Origin: Antedon mediterranea | Taxonomy: Eukaryota > Animalia > Echinodermata | Assembly: GCF_964355755.1 (NCBI RefSeq) | Contig: NC_092676.1 | Location: 12,448,771 to 12,512,770, forward strand | DNA length: 64,000 nucleotides | Reading direction: 5' to 3' | Shown: one piece after another, positions 13,918 through 27,670 of the stretch | How positions within the stretch are numbered: the first letter of the stretch is position 1 | Layout: every line of letters begins with the position of its first letter | The notes under the pieces: model-generated | The model's input: only the letters and a program-made list of their open reading frames with translations | What the model was told of the DNA's origin: nothing | The model's database searches: none | Translations under genes and position numbers: made by a program

Positions 13918-14349
13918 GGACGTTTTTTGGAAAATAATACATATATATCACTTTAAAAACATTAAACCATGTCATTCCTTGTCTTAAATGTACGTTTTAT
14001 GGTAAATTATGATAAAAAGTGAGAAACAATGCACTACCTAAGTAGCTCGCGGCGATCGACCGCTCGTGGACGGTCTTAGGCCTAGCCTAGCTAGGCTTAG
14101 TTTTGTAGGCCTAGCTGGTAAACATCGATAACGTACGAACATCGTACGCTAGCTATATACCTAGCCTGACGTTGTATAGTTGCTGCATTAATTGTCTTTC
14201 TATTTTTGCCAGACTCCGTTGATACAAATTGGGGAAAACCCGGTATTTTCGCTGAAAAGTTAGGAGTCTTCCATTTGTTTTGGCTTCACAATCGATCGAA
14301 AAGTGGGCGAATTACAGGTGAAAAACAAAAATATCAATCCGCGCGCAAT

Positions 14350-14368
14350 GCATTTTGGGATTTATAGC
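14350..14368 (-). promoter_or_regulatory. ZNF143/Staf (SBS)-like motif inside the MITE
   Basis: The minus strand reads GCTATAAATCCCAAAATGC, 15/19 identical to the consensus ACTACAATTCCCAGAATGC as I recall it. This is a motif match only. Confidence 0.4.
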
Positions 14369-14501
14369 GGGCCGCTATAATTATTAGAATCGATTTATTT
14401 TTCACATTTTTAACCGTTTAAAGACGAAAAAAGTTATCGCAATAGGACCATATAGTATTATTTTTACATTAAATATAGTTTGTGATCTTAAATTAGATCT
14501 A

Positions 14502-14522
14502 AAAAACGTAGGGAATGGGGCT
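14502..14522 (-). repeat. Right imperfect terminal inverted repeat of the MITE
   Basis: AAAAACGTAGGGAATGGGGCT is the inverted counterpart of 13897-13917. Confidence 0.85.
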
Positions 14523-14526
14523 TTAA
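14523..14526. repeat. Right TTAA target-site duplication
   Basis: Follows ...GGGGCT directly, and the satellite resumes with TATCGTG. Confidence 0.95.
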
Positions 14527-17500
14527 TATCGTGTTTGAAAACGTTTTAAACCATTTTGAGCATGTCGATAAAACTTTTCACACAAAAATATCAAAGTGCA
14601 CAGAATATCTTCAAATCGCATTTAGAGACGTTTTAGACCATTTTGTGCATTTCGAAAAAATTTGTTAACATAAAAAGACCAAAGTGTTTAGAATATCTCC
14701 AAATCGCATTTGGAGACGTTTTAGACCATTTTGTGCATTTCGATGAAACTTGGTTACATAAAAACATCAAAGTGCTTAAAATCACATTTAAAACCGTTTT
14801 AGAGCGTTTTGAGCATTTCGATAAACTTTTCACACAAAAACATCAAAGTGCACAAAATAGCTTCAAATCGCATTTAGAGATGTTTTAGACCATTTTGTGC
14901 ATTTCGAAAAAACTTTTCACACAAAAACATCAAATTGCACACAATAGCTTAATACCGTGTTTGAAATCGTTTTAAACCATTTTGAGCATGTCGATAAAAC
15001 TTTTCACACAAAAACATCAAAGTGCACAGAATATCTTCAAATCGCATATAGAGACGTTTTAGACCATTTTGTGCATTTCGAAAAAATTTGTTAACATTAA
15101 AAGACCAATGTGTTTAGAATATCTCCAAATCGCATTTGGAGACGTTTTAGACCATTTTGTGCATTTCGATGAAACTTGGTTACACAAAAACATCAAAGTG
15201 CTTAAAATCACATTTGAAACCGTTTTAGAGCATTTTGAGCATTTCGATAAAACTTTTCACACAAACACATCAAAGTGTACAAAATAGCTTCAAATAACAT
15301 TTGAAACCGTTTTAGACCATTTTGAGCATTTCGATAAAACTTTTCACACAAAAACATCAAAGTGTACAAAATGGCTTCAAATCGCATTTGGAGACGTTTT
15401 AGAGCATTTTGAGCATTTCGATCAAACTTTTCACACAAAAATATCAAAGTGTACAAAATAACTTCAAATCGCATTTAGAGACGTTTTAGACCATTTTGTG
15501 CATTTTGGTAAAACTTTTCACACAAAAACATCAAATTGCACAAAATAGCTTAATATCGTGTTTGAAAACGTTTTAAACCATTTTGAGCATGTCGATAAAA
15601 CTTTTCACATAAAAATATCAAAGTGCACAGAATAGCTTCAAATCGCATTTGGAGACGTTTTAGACCATTTTGTGCATTTTGGTAAAACTTTTCACACAAA
15701 AACATCAAATTGCACAAAATAGCTTAATATCGTGTTTGAAAACGTTTTAAACCATTTTGAGCATGTCGATAAAACTTTTCACTCAAAAATATCAAAGTGC
15801 ACAGAATATCTTCAAATCGCATTTAGAGACGTTTTAGACCATTTTGTGCATTTTCAAAAAATTTGTTAACATAAAAAGACCAAAGTGTTTAGAATATCTC
15901 CAAATCGCATTTGGAGACGTTTTAGACCATTTTGTGTTTTTCGAAAAAACTTTTCACACAAAAACATCAAAGTGTACAAAATTGCTTCAAATCGCATTTG
16001 GAGACGTTTTAGACCATTTTGTGCATTTTGGTAAAACTTTTCACACAAAAACATCAAAATTCACAAAATAGCTTAATATCGTGTTTGAAAACGTTTTAAA
16101 CCATTTTGAGCATGTCGATAAAACTTTTCACTCAAAAATATCAAAGTGCACAGAATATCTTCAAATCGCATTTAGAGACGTTTTAGACCATTTTGTGCAT
16201 TTCGAAAAAAATTGTTAACATAAAAAGACCAAAGTGTTTAGAATATCTCCAAATCGCATTTGGAGACGTTTTAGACCATTTTGCGCATTTCGATGAAACT
16301 TGGTTACACAAAAACATCAAAGTGCTTAAAATCACATTTAAAACCGTTTTAGAGCGTTTTGAGCATTTCGATAAACTTTTCAAACAAAAACATCAAAGTG
16401 TACAAAATAGCTTCAAATCGTATTTGGAGACGTTTTAGACCATTTTGTGCGTTTCGATGAATCTTGGTTACACAAAAACATCAAAGTGCTTAAAATCACA
16501 TTTAAAACCGTTTTAGTGCATTTTGAGCATTTCGATAAAACTTTTCACACAAAAACATCAAAGTGCACAAAATAGCTTCAAATCGCATTTAGAGATGTTT
16601 TAGACCATTTTGTGCGTTTCGATAAAACTTTTCACACAAAAACATCAAATTGCACAAAATAGCTTAATATCGTGTTTGAAAACGTTTTAGACCATTTTGA
16701 GCATGTCGATAAAACTTTTCACACAAAAACATAAAAGTGCACAAAATAGCTTCAAATCGCATTTAGAGATGTTTTAGACCATTTTGTGCGTTTCGATAAA
16801 ACTTTTCACACAAAAACATCAAATTGCACAAAATAGCTTAATATCGTGTTTGAAAACGTTTTAGACCATTTTGAGCATGTCGATAAAACTTTTCACACAA
16901 AAACATAAAAGTGCACAGAATAGCTTCAAATCGCATTTGGAGACGTTTTAGACCATTTTGTGCATTTCGAAAAAACTTTTTAACATAAAAACACCAAAGT
17001 GCTTAGAATAGCTTCAAATCGCATTTGGAGACGTTTTAGACCATTTTGTGCATTTCGATGAAACTTGGTTACACAAAAACATCAAAGTGCTTAAAATCAC
17101 ATTTGAAACCGTTATAGAGCATTTTTAGCATTTCGATAAAACTTTTCACACAAAAACATCAAAGTGTACAAAATAGCTTCAAATCACATTTGAAACCGTT
17201 TTAGACCATTTTGAGCATTTCGATAAAACTTTTCACACAAAAACATCAAAGTGTACAGAATAGCTTCAAATCGCATTTGGAGACGTTTTAGACCATTTTG
17301 TGCATTTCGATGAAACTTGGTTACACAAAAACATCAAAGTGCTTAAAATCACATTTGAAACCGTTTTAGAGCATTTTTAACATTTCGATAATACTTTTCA
17401 CACAAAAACATCAAAGTGTACAAAATAGCTTCAAATCACATTTGAAACCGTTTTAGACCATATTGAGCATTTCGATAAAACTTTTCACACAAAAACATCA

Positions 17501-20500
17501 AAGTGTACAAAATAGCTTCAAATCGCATTTGGAGACGTTTTAGACCATTTTGTGCATTTCGATGAAACTTGGTTACACAAAAACATCAAAGTGCTTAAAA
17601 TCACATTTGAAAGCGTTTTAGAGCATTTTTAGCATTTCGATAATACTTTTCACACAAAAACATCAAAGTGCACAAAATAGCATCAAATCGCATTTAGAGA
17701 TGTTTTAGACCATTTTGTGCATTTCGATAAAACTTTTCACACAAAAACATCAAATTGCACAAAATAGCTTAATACCGTGTTTGAAATCATTTTAAACCAT
17801 TTTGAGCATGTCGATAAAACTTTTCACACAAAAACATCAAAGTGTTTAGAATATCTCCAAATCGCATTTGGAGACGTTTTAGACCATTTTGTGCATTTCG
17901 ATGAAACTTGGTTACACAAAAACATCAAAGTGCTTAAAATCACATTTGAAACCGTTTTAGAGCATTTTGAGCATTTCGATAAAACTTTTCAAACAAAAAC
18001 ATCAAAGTGTACAAAATAGCTTCAACTCACATTTGAAACCGTTTTAGACCATTTTGAGCATTTCGATAAAACTTTTCACACAAAAACATCAAAGTGTACA
18101 AAATAGCTTCAAATCGCATTTGGAGACGTTTTAGACCATTTTGTGCATTTCGATGAAACTTGGTTACACAAAAACATCAAAGTGCTTAAAATCACATTTG
18201 AAACCGTTTTAGAGCATTTTTAGCATTTCGATAATACTTTTCACACAAAACATCAAAGTGTACAAAATAGCTTCAAATCGCATTTGGAGACGTTTTAGAC
18301 CATTTTGTGCATTTCGATGAAACTTGGTTACACAAAAACATCAAAGTGCTTAAAATCACATTTGAAACCGTTTTAGACCATTTTGAGCATTTCGATAAAA
18401 CTTTTCACACAAAAAAATCAAAGTGCACAAAATAGCTTCAAATCGCATTTGGGGACGTTTTAGACTATTTTGTGCATTTCGAAAAAAATTGTTAACATAA
18501 AAAGACCAAAGTGTTTAGAATATCTCCAAATCGCATTTGGAGACGTTTTAAACCATTTTGTGCATTTCGATGGAACTTGGTTACACAAAAACATCAAAGT
18601 GCTTAAAATCACATTTAAAACCGTTTTAGAGCATTTTTAGCATTTCGATAAAACTTTTCACACAAAAACATCAAAGTGTACAAAATAGCTTCAAATCGCA
18701 TTTAGAGAGGTTTTAGACAATTTTGTGCATTTCGATAAAACTTTTCACACAAAAACATCAAAGTGTACAAAATAGCTTCAAATTGCATTTAGAGACGTTT
18801 TAGACCATTTTGTGCATTTCGATAAAACTTTTCACACAAAAACATCAAATTGCACAAAATCGTTTTAAACCATTTTAAATCGTTTTAAACCATTTTGAGC
18901 ATGTCGATAAAACTTTTCACAAAAAACATCAAAGTGCACAGAATAGCTTCAAATTGCATTTGGAGACGTTTTAGAGCATTTTGTGCATTTCGATAAAATG
19001 TGTTAACATAAAAAGACCAAAGTGTTTAGAATATCTTCAAATCACATTTGGAGACGTTTTAGACCATTTTTTGCATTTCGATGAAACTTGGTTACACAAA
19101 AACATCAAAGTGCTTAAAATCACATTTGAAACCGTTTTAGAGCATTTTGAGCATTTCGATAAAACTTTTCACACAAAAACATCAAAGTGTACAAAATAGC
19201 TTCAAATCGCATTTAGAGACGTTTTAGACCATTTTTTGCATTTCGATGAAACTTGGTTACACAAAAACATCAAAGTGCTTAAAATCACATTTAAAACCGT
19301 TTTAGAGCATTTTTAGCATTTCGATAAAACTTTTCACACAAAAACATCAAAGTGTACAAAATAGCTTCAAATCGCATTTAGAGAGGTTTTAGACAATTTT
19401 GTGCATTTCGATAAAACTTTTCACACAAAAACATCAAAGTGTACAAAATACCTTCAAATTGCATTTAGAGACGTTTTAGACCATTTTGTGCATTTCGATA
19501 AAACTTTTCACACAAAAACATCAAATTGCACAAAATCGTTTTAAACCATTTTAAATCGTTTTAAACCATTTTGAGCATTTCGATAAAACTTTTCACAAAA
19601 AACATCAAAGTGCACAGAATAGCTTCAAATTGCATTTGGAGACGTTTTAGAGCATTTTGTGCATTTCGATAAAATGTGTTAACATAAAAAGACCAAAGTG
19701 TTTAGAATATCTTCAAATCACATTTGGAGACGTTTTAGACCATTTTTTGCATTTCGATGAAACTTGGTTACACAAAAACATCAAAGTGCTTAAAATCACA
19801 TTTGAAACCGTTTTAGACCATTTTGAGCGTTTCGATAAAACTTTTCACACAAAAACATCAAAGTGCACAAAATAGCTTCAAATCGCATTTGGAGACGTTT
19901 TAGACTATTTTGTGCATTTCGAAAAAATTTGTTAACATAAAAAGACCAAAGTGTTTAGAATATCTCCAAATCGCATTTGGAGACGTTTTAAACCATTTTG
20001 TGCATTTCGATGGAACTTGGTTACACAAAAACATCAAAGTGCTTAAAATCACATTTAAAACCGTTTTAGAGCATTTTGAGCATTTCGATAAAACTTTTCA
20101 CACAAAAACATCAAAGTGTACAAAATAGCTTCAAATCGCATTTAGAGACGTTTTAGACCATTTTGTGCATTTTGATAAAACTTTTCACACAAAAACATCA
20201 AATTGCACAAAATAGCTTAATATTGTGTTTGAAAACGTTTTAAACCATTTTGAGCATGTCGATAAAACTTTTCACACAAAAATATCAAAGTGCCCAGAAT
20301 ATCTTCAAATCGCATTTAGAGACGTTTTAGACCATTTTGTGCATTTCGAAAAAATTTGTTAACATAAAAAGACCAAAGTGTTTAGATTATCTCCAAATCG
20401 CATTTGGAGACGTTTTAGACCATTTTGTGTTTTTCGAAAAAACTTTTCACACAAAAACATCAAAGTGTACAAAATTGCTTCAAATCGCATTTAGAGAGGT

Positions 20501-22549
20501 TTTAGACCATTTTGTGCATTTCGATAAAACTTTTCACACAAAAACATCAAAGTGCACAGAATATCTTAATACCGTGTCTGAAATCGTTTTAAACCATTTT
20601 GAGCATGTCGATAAAACTTTTCACACAAAAACATCAAAGTGCACAGAATATCTTCAAATCGCATTTGGAGACGTTTTAGACCATTTTGTGCATTCCGATG
20701 AAACTTGGTTACACAAAAACATCAAAGTGCTTAAAATCACATTTGAAACCGTTTTAGAGCATTTTTAGCATTTCGATAATACTTTTCACACAAAAACATC
20801 AAAGTGTACAAAATAGCTTCAAATCGCATTTGGAGACGTTTTAGACCATTTTGTGCATTTCGATGAAACTTGGTTACACAAAAACATCAAAGTGCTTAAA
20901 ATCACATTTGAAACCGTTTTAGACCATTTTGAGCATTTCGATAAAACTTTTCACACAAAAAAATCAAAGTGCACAAAATAGCTTCAAATCGCATTTGGGG
21001 ACGTTTTAGACTATTTTGTGCATTTCGAAAAAATTTGTTAACATAAAAAGACCAAAGTGTTTAGAATATCTCCAAATCGCATTTGGAGACGTTTTAAACC
21101 ATTTTGTGCATTTCGATGGAACTTGGTTACACAAAAACATCAAAGTGCTTAAAATCACATTTAAAACCGTTTTAGAGCATTTTTAGCATTTCGATAAAAC
21201 TTTTCACACAAAAACATCAAAGTGTACAAAATAGCTTCAAATCACATTTGAAACCGTTTTAGACCATTTTGAGCATTTCGATAAAACTTTTCACACAAAA
21301 ACATTAAAGTGTACAAAATAGCTTCAAATCGCATTTGGAGACGTTTTAGACCATTTTGTGCATTTCGATGAAACTTGGTTACACAAAAACATCAAAGTGC
21401 TTAAAATCACATTTGAAACCGTTTTAGAGCATTTTTAGCATTTCGATAAATACTTTTCACACAAAAACATCAAGGTGTACAAAATAGCTTCAAATCGCAT
21501 TTGGAGACGTTTTAGACCATTTTGTGCATTTCGATGAAACTTGGTTACAAAAAAACATCAAAGTGCTTAAAATCACATTTGAAACCGTTTTAGACCATTT
21601 TGAGCATTTCGATAAAACTTTTCACACAAAAACATCAAATTGCACAAAATAGCTTAATATCGTGTTTGAAAACGTTTTAGACCATTATGAGCATGTCGAT
21701 AAAACTTTTCACACAAAAACATAAAAGTGAACAGAATAGCTTCAAATTGCATTTGGAGACCTTTTAGAGCATTTTGTGCATTTCGATAAAATGTGTTAAT
21801 ATAAAAAGACCAAAGTGTTTAGAATATCTTCAAATCACATTTGGAGACGTTTTAGACCATTTTTTGCATTTCGATGAAACTTGGTTACACAAAAACATCA
21901 AAGTGCTTAAAATCACATTTAAAACCGTTTTAGAGCATTTTGAGCATTTCGATAAAACTTTTGACACAAAAACATCAAAGTGTACAAAATAGCTTCAAAT
22001 CGAATTTAGAGAGGTTTTATACCATTTTGTGCATTTCGATAAAACTTTTCACAAAAAAACATCAAAGTGTACAAAATAACTTCAAATCGCATTTAGAGAC
22101 GTTTTAGACCATTTTGTGCATTTTGATAAAACTTTTCACACAAAAACATCAAATTGCACAAAATAGCTTAATACCGTGTTTGAAATCGTTTTAAACCATT
22201 TTGAGCATGTCGATAAAACTTTTCACAAAAAAACATCAAAGTGCACCGAATAGCTTCAAATCGCATTTGGAGACGTTTTAAACCATTTTGTGCATTTCGA
22301 TAAAACTTTTCACATAAAAACATGAAAGTGTACAAAATAGCTTCAAATCGCATTTAGAGACGTTTTAGACCATTTTGGGCATTTCGATGAAACTTAGTTA
22401 CACAAATACATAAAAGTCCTTAAAATCACATTTCAAACCGTTTTAGAGCATTTTGAGCATTTCGTTAAAACTTTTCACACAAAAACATCAAAGTGCACAA
22501 AATAGCTTCAAATCGCATTTAGAGATGTTTTAGACCATTTTGTGCAATT

Positions 22550-25500
22550 CGATAAAACTTTTCACACAAAAACATCAAATTGCACAAAATAGCTTAATAT
22601 CGTGTTTGAAAACGTTTTAGACCATTTTGAGCATGTCGATAAAACTTTTCACACAAAAACATAAAAGTGAACAGAATAGCTTCAAATTGCATTTGGAGAC
22701 GTTTTAGAGCATTTTGTGCATTTCGATAAAATGTGTTAACATAAAAAGACCAAAGTGTTTAGAATATCTTCAAATCACATTTGGAGACGTTTTAGACCAT
22801 TTTTTGCATTTCGATGAAACTTGGTTTCACAAAAACATCAAAGTGCTTAAAATCACATTTAAAACCGTTTCAGAGCATTTTGAGCATTTCGATAAAACTT
22901 TTCACACAAAAACATCAAAGTTTACAAAATAGCTTCAAATCGCATTTAGAGAGGTTTTAGACCATTTTGTGCATTTCGATAAAACTTTTCACACAAAAAC
23001 ATCAAAGTGTACAAAATAACTTCAAATCGCATTTAGAGACGTTTTAGACCATTTTGTGCATTTTGATAAAACTTTTCACACAAAAACATCAAAGTGCACA
23101 AAATAGCTTCAAATCGCATTTAGAGATGTTTTAGACCATTTTGTGCATTTCGATAAAACTTTTCACACAAAAACATCAAATTGCACAAAATAGCTTAATA
23201 CCGTGTTTGAAATCGTTTTAAACCATTTTGAGCATGTCGATAAAACTTTTCACAAAAAAACATCAAAGTGCACAGAATAGCTTCAAATCGCATTTGGAGA
23301 CGTTTTAAACCATTTTGTGCATTTCGATAAAACTTTTCACATAAAAACATCAAAGTGTCCAAAATAGCTTCAAATCGCATTTAGAGACGTTTTAGACCAT
23401 TTTGGGCATTTATAAAAGTGCTTAAAATCACATTTCAAACCGTTTTAGAGCATTTTGAGCATTTCGATAAAACTTTTCACACAAAAACATCAAAGTGCAC
23501 AAAATAGCTTCAAATCGCATTTAGAGATGTTTTAGACCATTTTGTGCATTTCGATAAAACTTTTCACACAAAAACATAAAAGTGAACAGAATAGCTTCAA
23601 ATTGCATTTGGAGACGTTTTAGAGCATTTTGTGCATTTCGATAAAATGTGTTAACATAAAAAGACCAAAGTGTTTAGAATATCTTCAAATCACATTTGGA
23701 GACGTTTTAGACCATTTTTGGCATTTCGATGAAACTTGGTTACACAAAAACATCAAAGTGCTTAAAATCACATTTAAAACCGTTTTAGAGCATTTTGAGC
23801 ATTTCGATAAAACTTTTCACACAAAAACATCAAAGTGTACAAAATAGCTTCAAATCGCATTTAGAGAGGTTTTAGACCATTTTGTGCATTTCGATAAAAC
23901 TTTTCACACAAAAACATCAAAGTGTACAAAATAACTTCAAATCGTATTTAGAGACGTTTTAGACCATTTTGTGCATTTTGATAAAACTTTTCACACAAAA
24001 ACATCAAATTGCACAAAATAGCTTAATATCGTGTTTGAAAACGTTTTAAACCATTTTGAGCATGTCGATAAAACTTTTCACACAAAAATATCAAAGTGCA
24101 CAGAATATCTTCAAATCGCATTTAGAGACGTTTTAGACCATTTTGTGCATTTCGAAAAAATTTGTTAACATAAAAAGACCAAAGTGTTTAGAATATCTCC
24201 AAATCGCATTTGGAGACGTTTTAGACCATTTTGTGTTTTTCGAAAAACTTTTCACACAAAAACATCAAAGTGTAGAAAATTGCTTCAAATCGCATTTAGA
24301 GACGTTTTAGACCATTTTGTGCATTTCGAAAAAACTTTTTAAAATAAAAACACCAAAGTGCTTAGAATAGCTTCAAATCGCATTTGGAGACGTTTTAGAC
24401 CATTTTGTGCATTTCGATGAAACTTGGTTACACAAAAACATCAAAGTGCTTAAAATCACATTTGAAACCGTTTTAGAGCATTTTGAGCATTTCGATAAAA
24501 CTTTTCACACAAAAACATCAAAGTGTACAAAATAGCTTAAAATCACATTTGAAACCGTTTTAGACTATTTTGAGCATTTCGATAAAACTTTTCACACAAA
24601 AACATCAAAGTGTACAAAATAGCTTCAAATCGCATTTGGAGACGTTTTAGACCATTTTGTGCATTTCGATGAAACTTGGTTACACAAAAACATCAAAGTG
24701 CTTAAAATTACATTTGAAAGCGTTTTAGAGCATTTTGAGCATTTCGATAATACTTTTCACACAAAAACATCAAAGTGTACAAAATAGCTTCAAATCGCAT
24801 TTGGAGACGTTTTAGACCATTTTGTGCATTTCGATGAAACTTGGTTACACAAAAACATCAAAGTGCTTAAAATCACATTTGAAACCGTTTTAGACCATTT
24901 TGAGCGTGTCGATAAAACTTTTCACACAAAAAAATCAGAGTGCACTAAATAGCTTCAAATCGCATTTGGAGACGTTTTAGACCATTTTGTGCATATCGAT
25001 GAAACTTGGTTACACAAAAACATCAAAGTGCTTAAAATCACATTTGAAATCGTTTTAGACCATTTTGAGCGTTTCGATAAAACTTTTCACACAAAAAAAT
25101 CAGAGTGCACAAAATAGCTTCAAATCGCATTTGGAGACGTTTTAGACTATTTTGTGCATTTCGAAAAAATTTGTTAACATAAAAAGACCAAAGTGTTTAG
25201 AATATCTCCAAATCGCATTTGGAGACGTTTTAAACCATTTTGTGCATTTCGATGGAACTTGGTTACACAAAAACATCAAAGTGCTTAAAATCACATTTAA
25301 AACCGTTTTAGAGCATTTTGAGCATTTCGATAAAACTTTTCACACAAAAACATCAAAGTGTACAAAATAGCTTCAAATCGCATTTAGAGAGGTTTTAGAC
25401 CATTTTGTGCATTTCGATAAAACTTTTCACACAAAAACATCAAAGTGTACAAAATAGCTTCAAATCGCATTTAGAGACGTTTTAGACCATTTTGTGCATT

Positions 25501-27670
25501 TCGATAAAACTTTTCACACAAAAACATCAAATTGCACAAAATAGCTTAATATCGTGTTTGAAAACGTTTTAGACCATTTTGAGCATGTCGATAAAACTTT
25601 TCACACAAAAACATAAAAGTGAACAGAATAGCTTCAAATTGCATTTGGAGACGTTTTAGAGCATTTTGTGCATTTCGATAAAATGTGTTAACATAAAAAG
25701 ACCAAAGTGTTTAGAATATCTTCAAATCACATTTGGAGACGTTTTAGACCATTTTTTGCATTTCGATGAAACTTGGTTTCACAAAAACATCAAAGTGCTT
25801 AAAATCACATTTAAAACCGTTTCAGAGCATTTTGAGCATTTCGATAAAACTTTTCACACAAAAACATCAAAGTTTACAAAATAGCTTCAAATCGCATTTA
25901 GAGAGGTTTTAGACCATTTTGTGCATTTCGATAAAACTTTTCACACAAAAACATCAAAGTGTACAAAATAACTTCAAATCGCATTTAGAGACGTTTTAGA
26001 CCATTTTGTGCATTTTGATAAAACTTTTCACACAAAAACATCAAAGTGCACAAAATAGCTTCAAATCGCATTTAGAGATGTTTTAGACCATTTTGTGCAT
26101 TTCGATAAAACTTTTCACACAAAAACATCAAATTGCACAAAATAGCTTAATACCGTGTTTGAAATCGTTTTAAACCATTTTGAGCATGTCGATAAAACTT
26201 TTCACAAAAAAACATCAAAGTGCACAGAATAGCTTCAAATCGCATTTGGAGACGTTTTAAACCATTTTGTGCATTTCGATAAAACTTTTCACATAAAAAC
26301 ATCAAAGTGTCCAAAATAGCTTCAAATCGCATTTAGAGACGTTTTAGACCATTTTGGGCATTTATAAAAGTGCTTAAAATCACATTTCAAACCGTTTTAG
26401 AGCATTTTGAGCATTTCGATAAAACTTTTCACACAAAAACATCAAAGTGCACAAAATAGCTTCAAATCGCATTTAGAGATGTTTTAGACCATTTTGTGCA
26501 TTTCGATAAAACTTTTCACACAAAAACATAAAAGTGAACAGAATAGCTTCAAATTGCATTTGGAGACGTTTTAGAGCATTTTGTGCATTTCGATAAAATG
26601 TGTTAACATAAAAAGACCAAAGTGTTTAGAATATCTTCAAATCACATTTGGAGACGTTTTAGACCATTTTTGGCATTTCGATGAAACTTGGTTACACAAA
26701 AACATCAAAGTGCTTAAAATCACATTTAAAACCGTTTTAGAGCATTTTGAGCATTTCGATAAAACTTTTCACACAAAAACATCAAAGTGTACAAAATAGC
26801 TTCAAATCGCATTTAGAGAGGTTTTAGACCATTTTGTGCATTTCGATAAAACTTTTCACACAAAAACATCAAAGTGTACAAAATAACTTCAAATCGTATT
26901 TAGAGACGTTTTAGACCATTTTGTGCATTTTGATAAAACTTTTCACACAAAAACATCAAATTGCACAAAATAGCTTAATATCGTGTTTGAAAACGTTTTA
27001 AACCATTTTGAGCATGTCGATAAAACTTTTCACACAAAAATATCAAAGTGCACAGAATATCTTCAAATCGCATTTAGAGACGTTTTAGACCATTTTGTGC
27101 ATTTCGAAAAAATTTGTTAACATAAAAAGACCAAAGTGTTTAGAATATCTCCAAATCGCATTTGGAGACGTTTTAGACCATTTTGTGTTTTTCGAAAAAC
27201 TTTTCACACAAAAACATCAAAGTGTAGAAAATTGCTTCAAATCGCATTTAGAGACGTTTTAGACCATTTTGTGCATTTCGAAAAAACTTTTTAAAATAAA
27301 AACACCAAAGTGCTTAGAATAGCTTCAAATCGCATTTGGAGACGTTTTAGACCATTTTGTGCATTTCGATGAAACTTGGTTACACAAAAACATCAAAGTG
27401 CTTAAAATCACATTTGAAACCGTTTTAGAGCATTTTGAGCATTTCGATAAAACTTTTCACACAAAAACATCAAAGTGTACAAAATAGCTTCAAATCACAT
27501 TTGAAACCGTTTTAGACTATTTTGAGCATTTCGATAAAACTTTTCACACAAAAACATCAAAGTGTACAAAATAGCTTCAAATCGCATTTGGAGACGTTTT
27601 AGACCATTTTGTGCATTTCGATGAAACTTGGTTACACAAAAACATCAAAGTGCTTAAAATTACATTTGAA
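22550..27670 (+). repeat. About 2.17-kb block repeated at a 2952-bp offset (22550-24718 and 25502-27670); same pair at about 55402-60522
   Basis: ORF pairs 22714/25666, 23195/26147 and 23629/26581. The deletion marker GGGCATTTATAAAAGTG occurs only in these four copies. Confidence 0.9.

Larger units (their letters stand above)
13897..14522. mobile_element. 626-bp non-autonomous DNA transposon (MITE), probably Kolobok/T2-type
   Basis: Unique sequence interrupts a D monomer: ...AAAATAGC TTAA [AGACCCCTTCCCTGC...CGTAGGGAATGGGGCT] TTAA TATCGTG.... Empty paralogous sites read AAAATAGC TTAA TATCGTG (1369-1372, 47375-47378). Paralog offsets shift by exactly 630 bp (12524 to 13154; 33482 to 32852), which equals 626+4. 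There is no ORF of 60 aa or more. A TTAA TSD with purine-purine...pyrimidine-pyrimidine ends is the Kolobok signature. The insertion is certain; the superfamily call is less so. Confidence 0.9.

Noticed and set aside
13914-13928. MITE subterminal TTTTGGACGTTTT resembling satellite TTTGGAGACGTTTT, hinting at a MITE origin for the satellite or homology-guided targeting
   Set aside because: The match is short, gapped and T-rich. TTAA sites are abundant in the B, D and E monomers, so one insertion does not show targeting.
14040-14170. tRNA or SINE-derived core within the insertion
   Set aside because: I see no cloverleaf, no convincing A/B boxes and no poly-A tail. TIRs plus a TTAA TSD indicate a DNA transposon.
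14100-14290. Minus-strand open stretch or transposase remnant in the MITE (AAACAAATGGAAGAC...)
   Set aside because: The ATG is followed by a stop after four codons. The other frames are short and show no recognisable THAP or DDE motif.
13897-14522. piggyBac assignment for the TTAA element
   Set aside because: Comparison with the empty sites places the ends at AG...CT, not CCC...GGG. The C-run starts 3 bp inside the left end.
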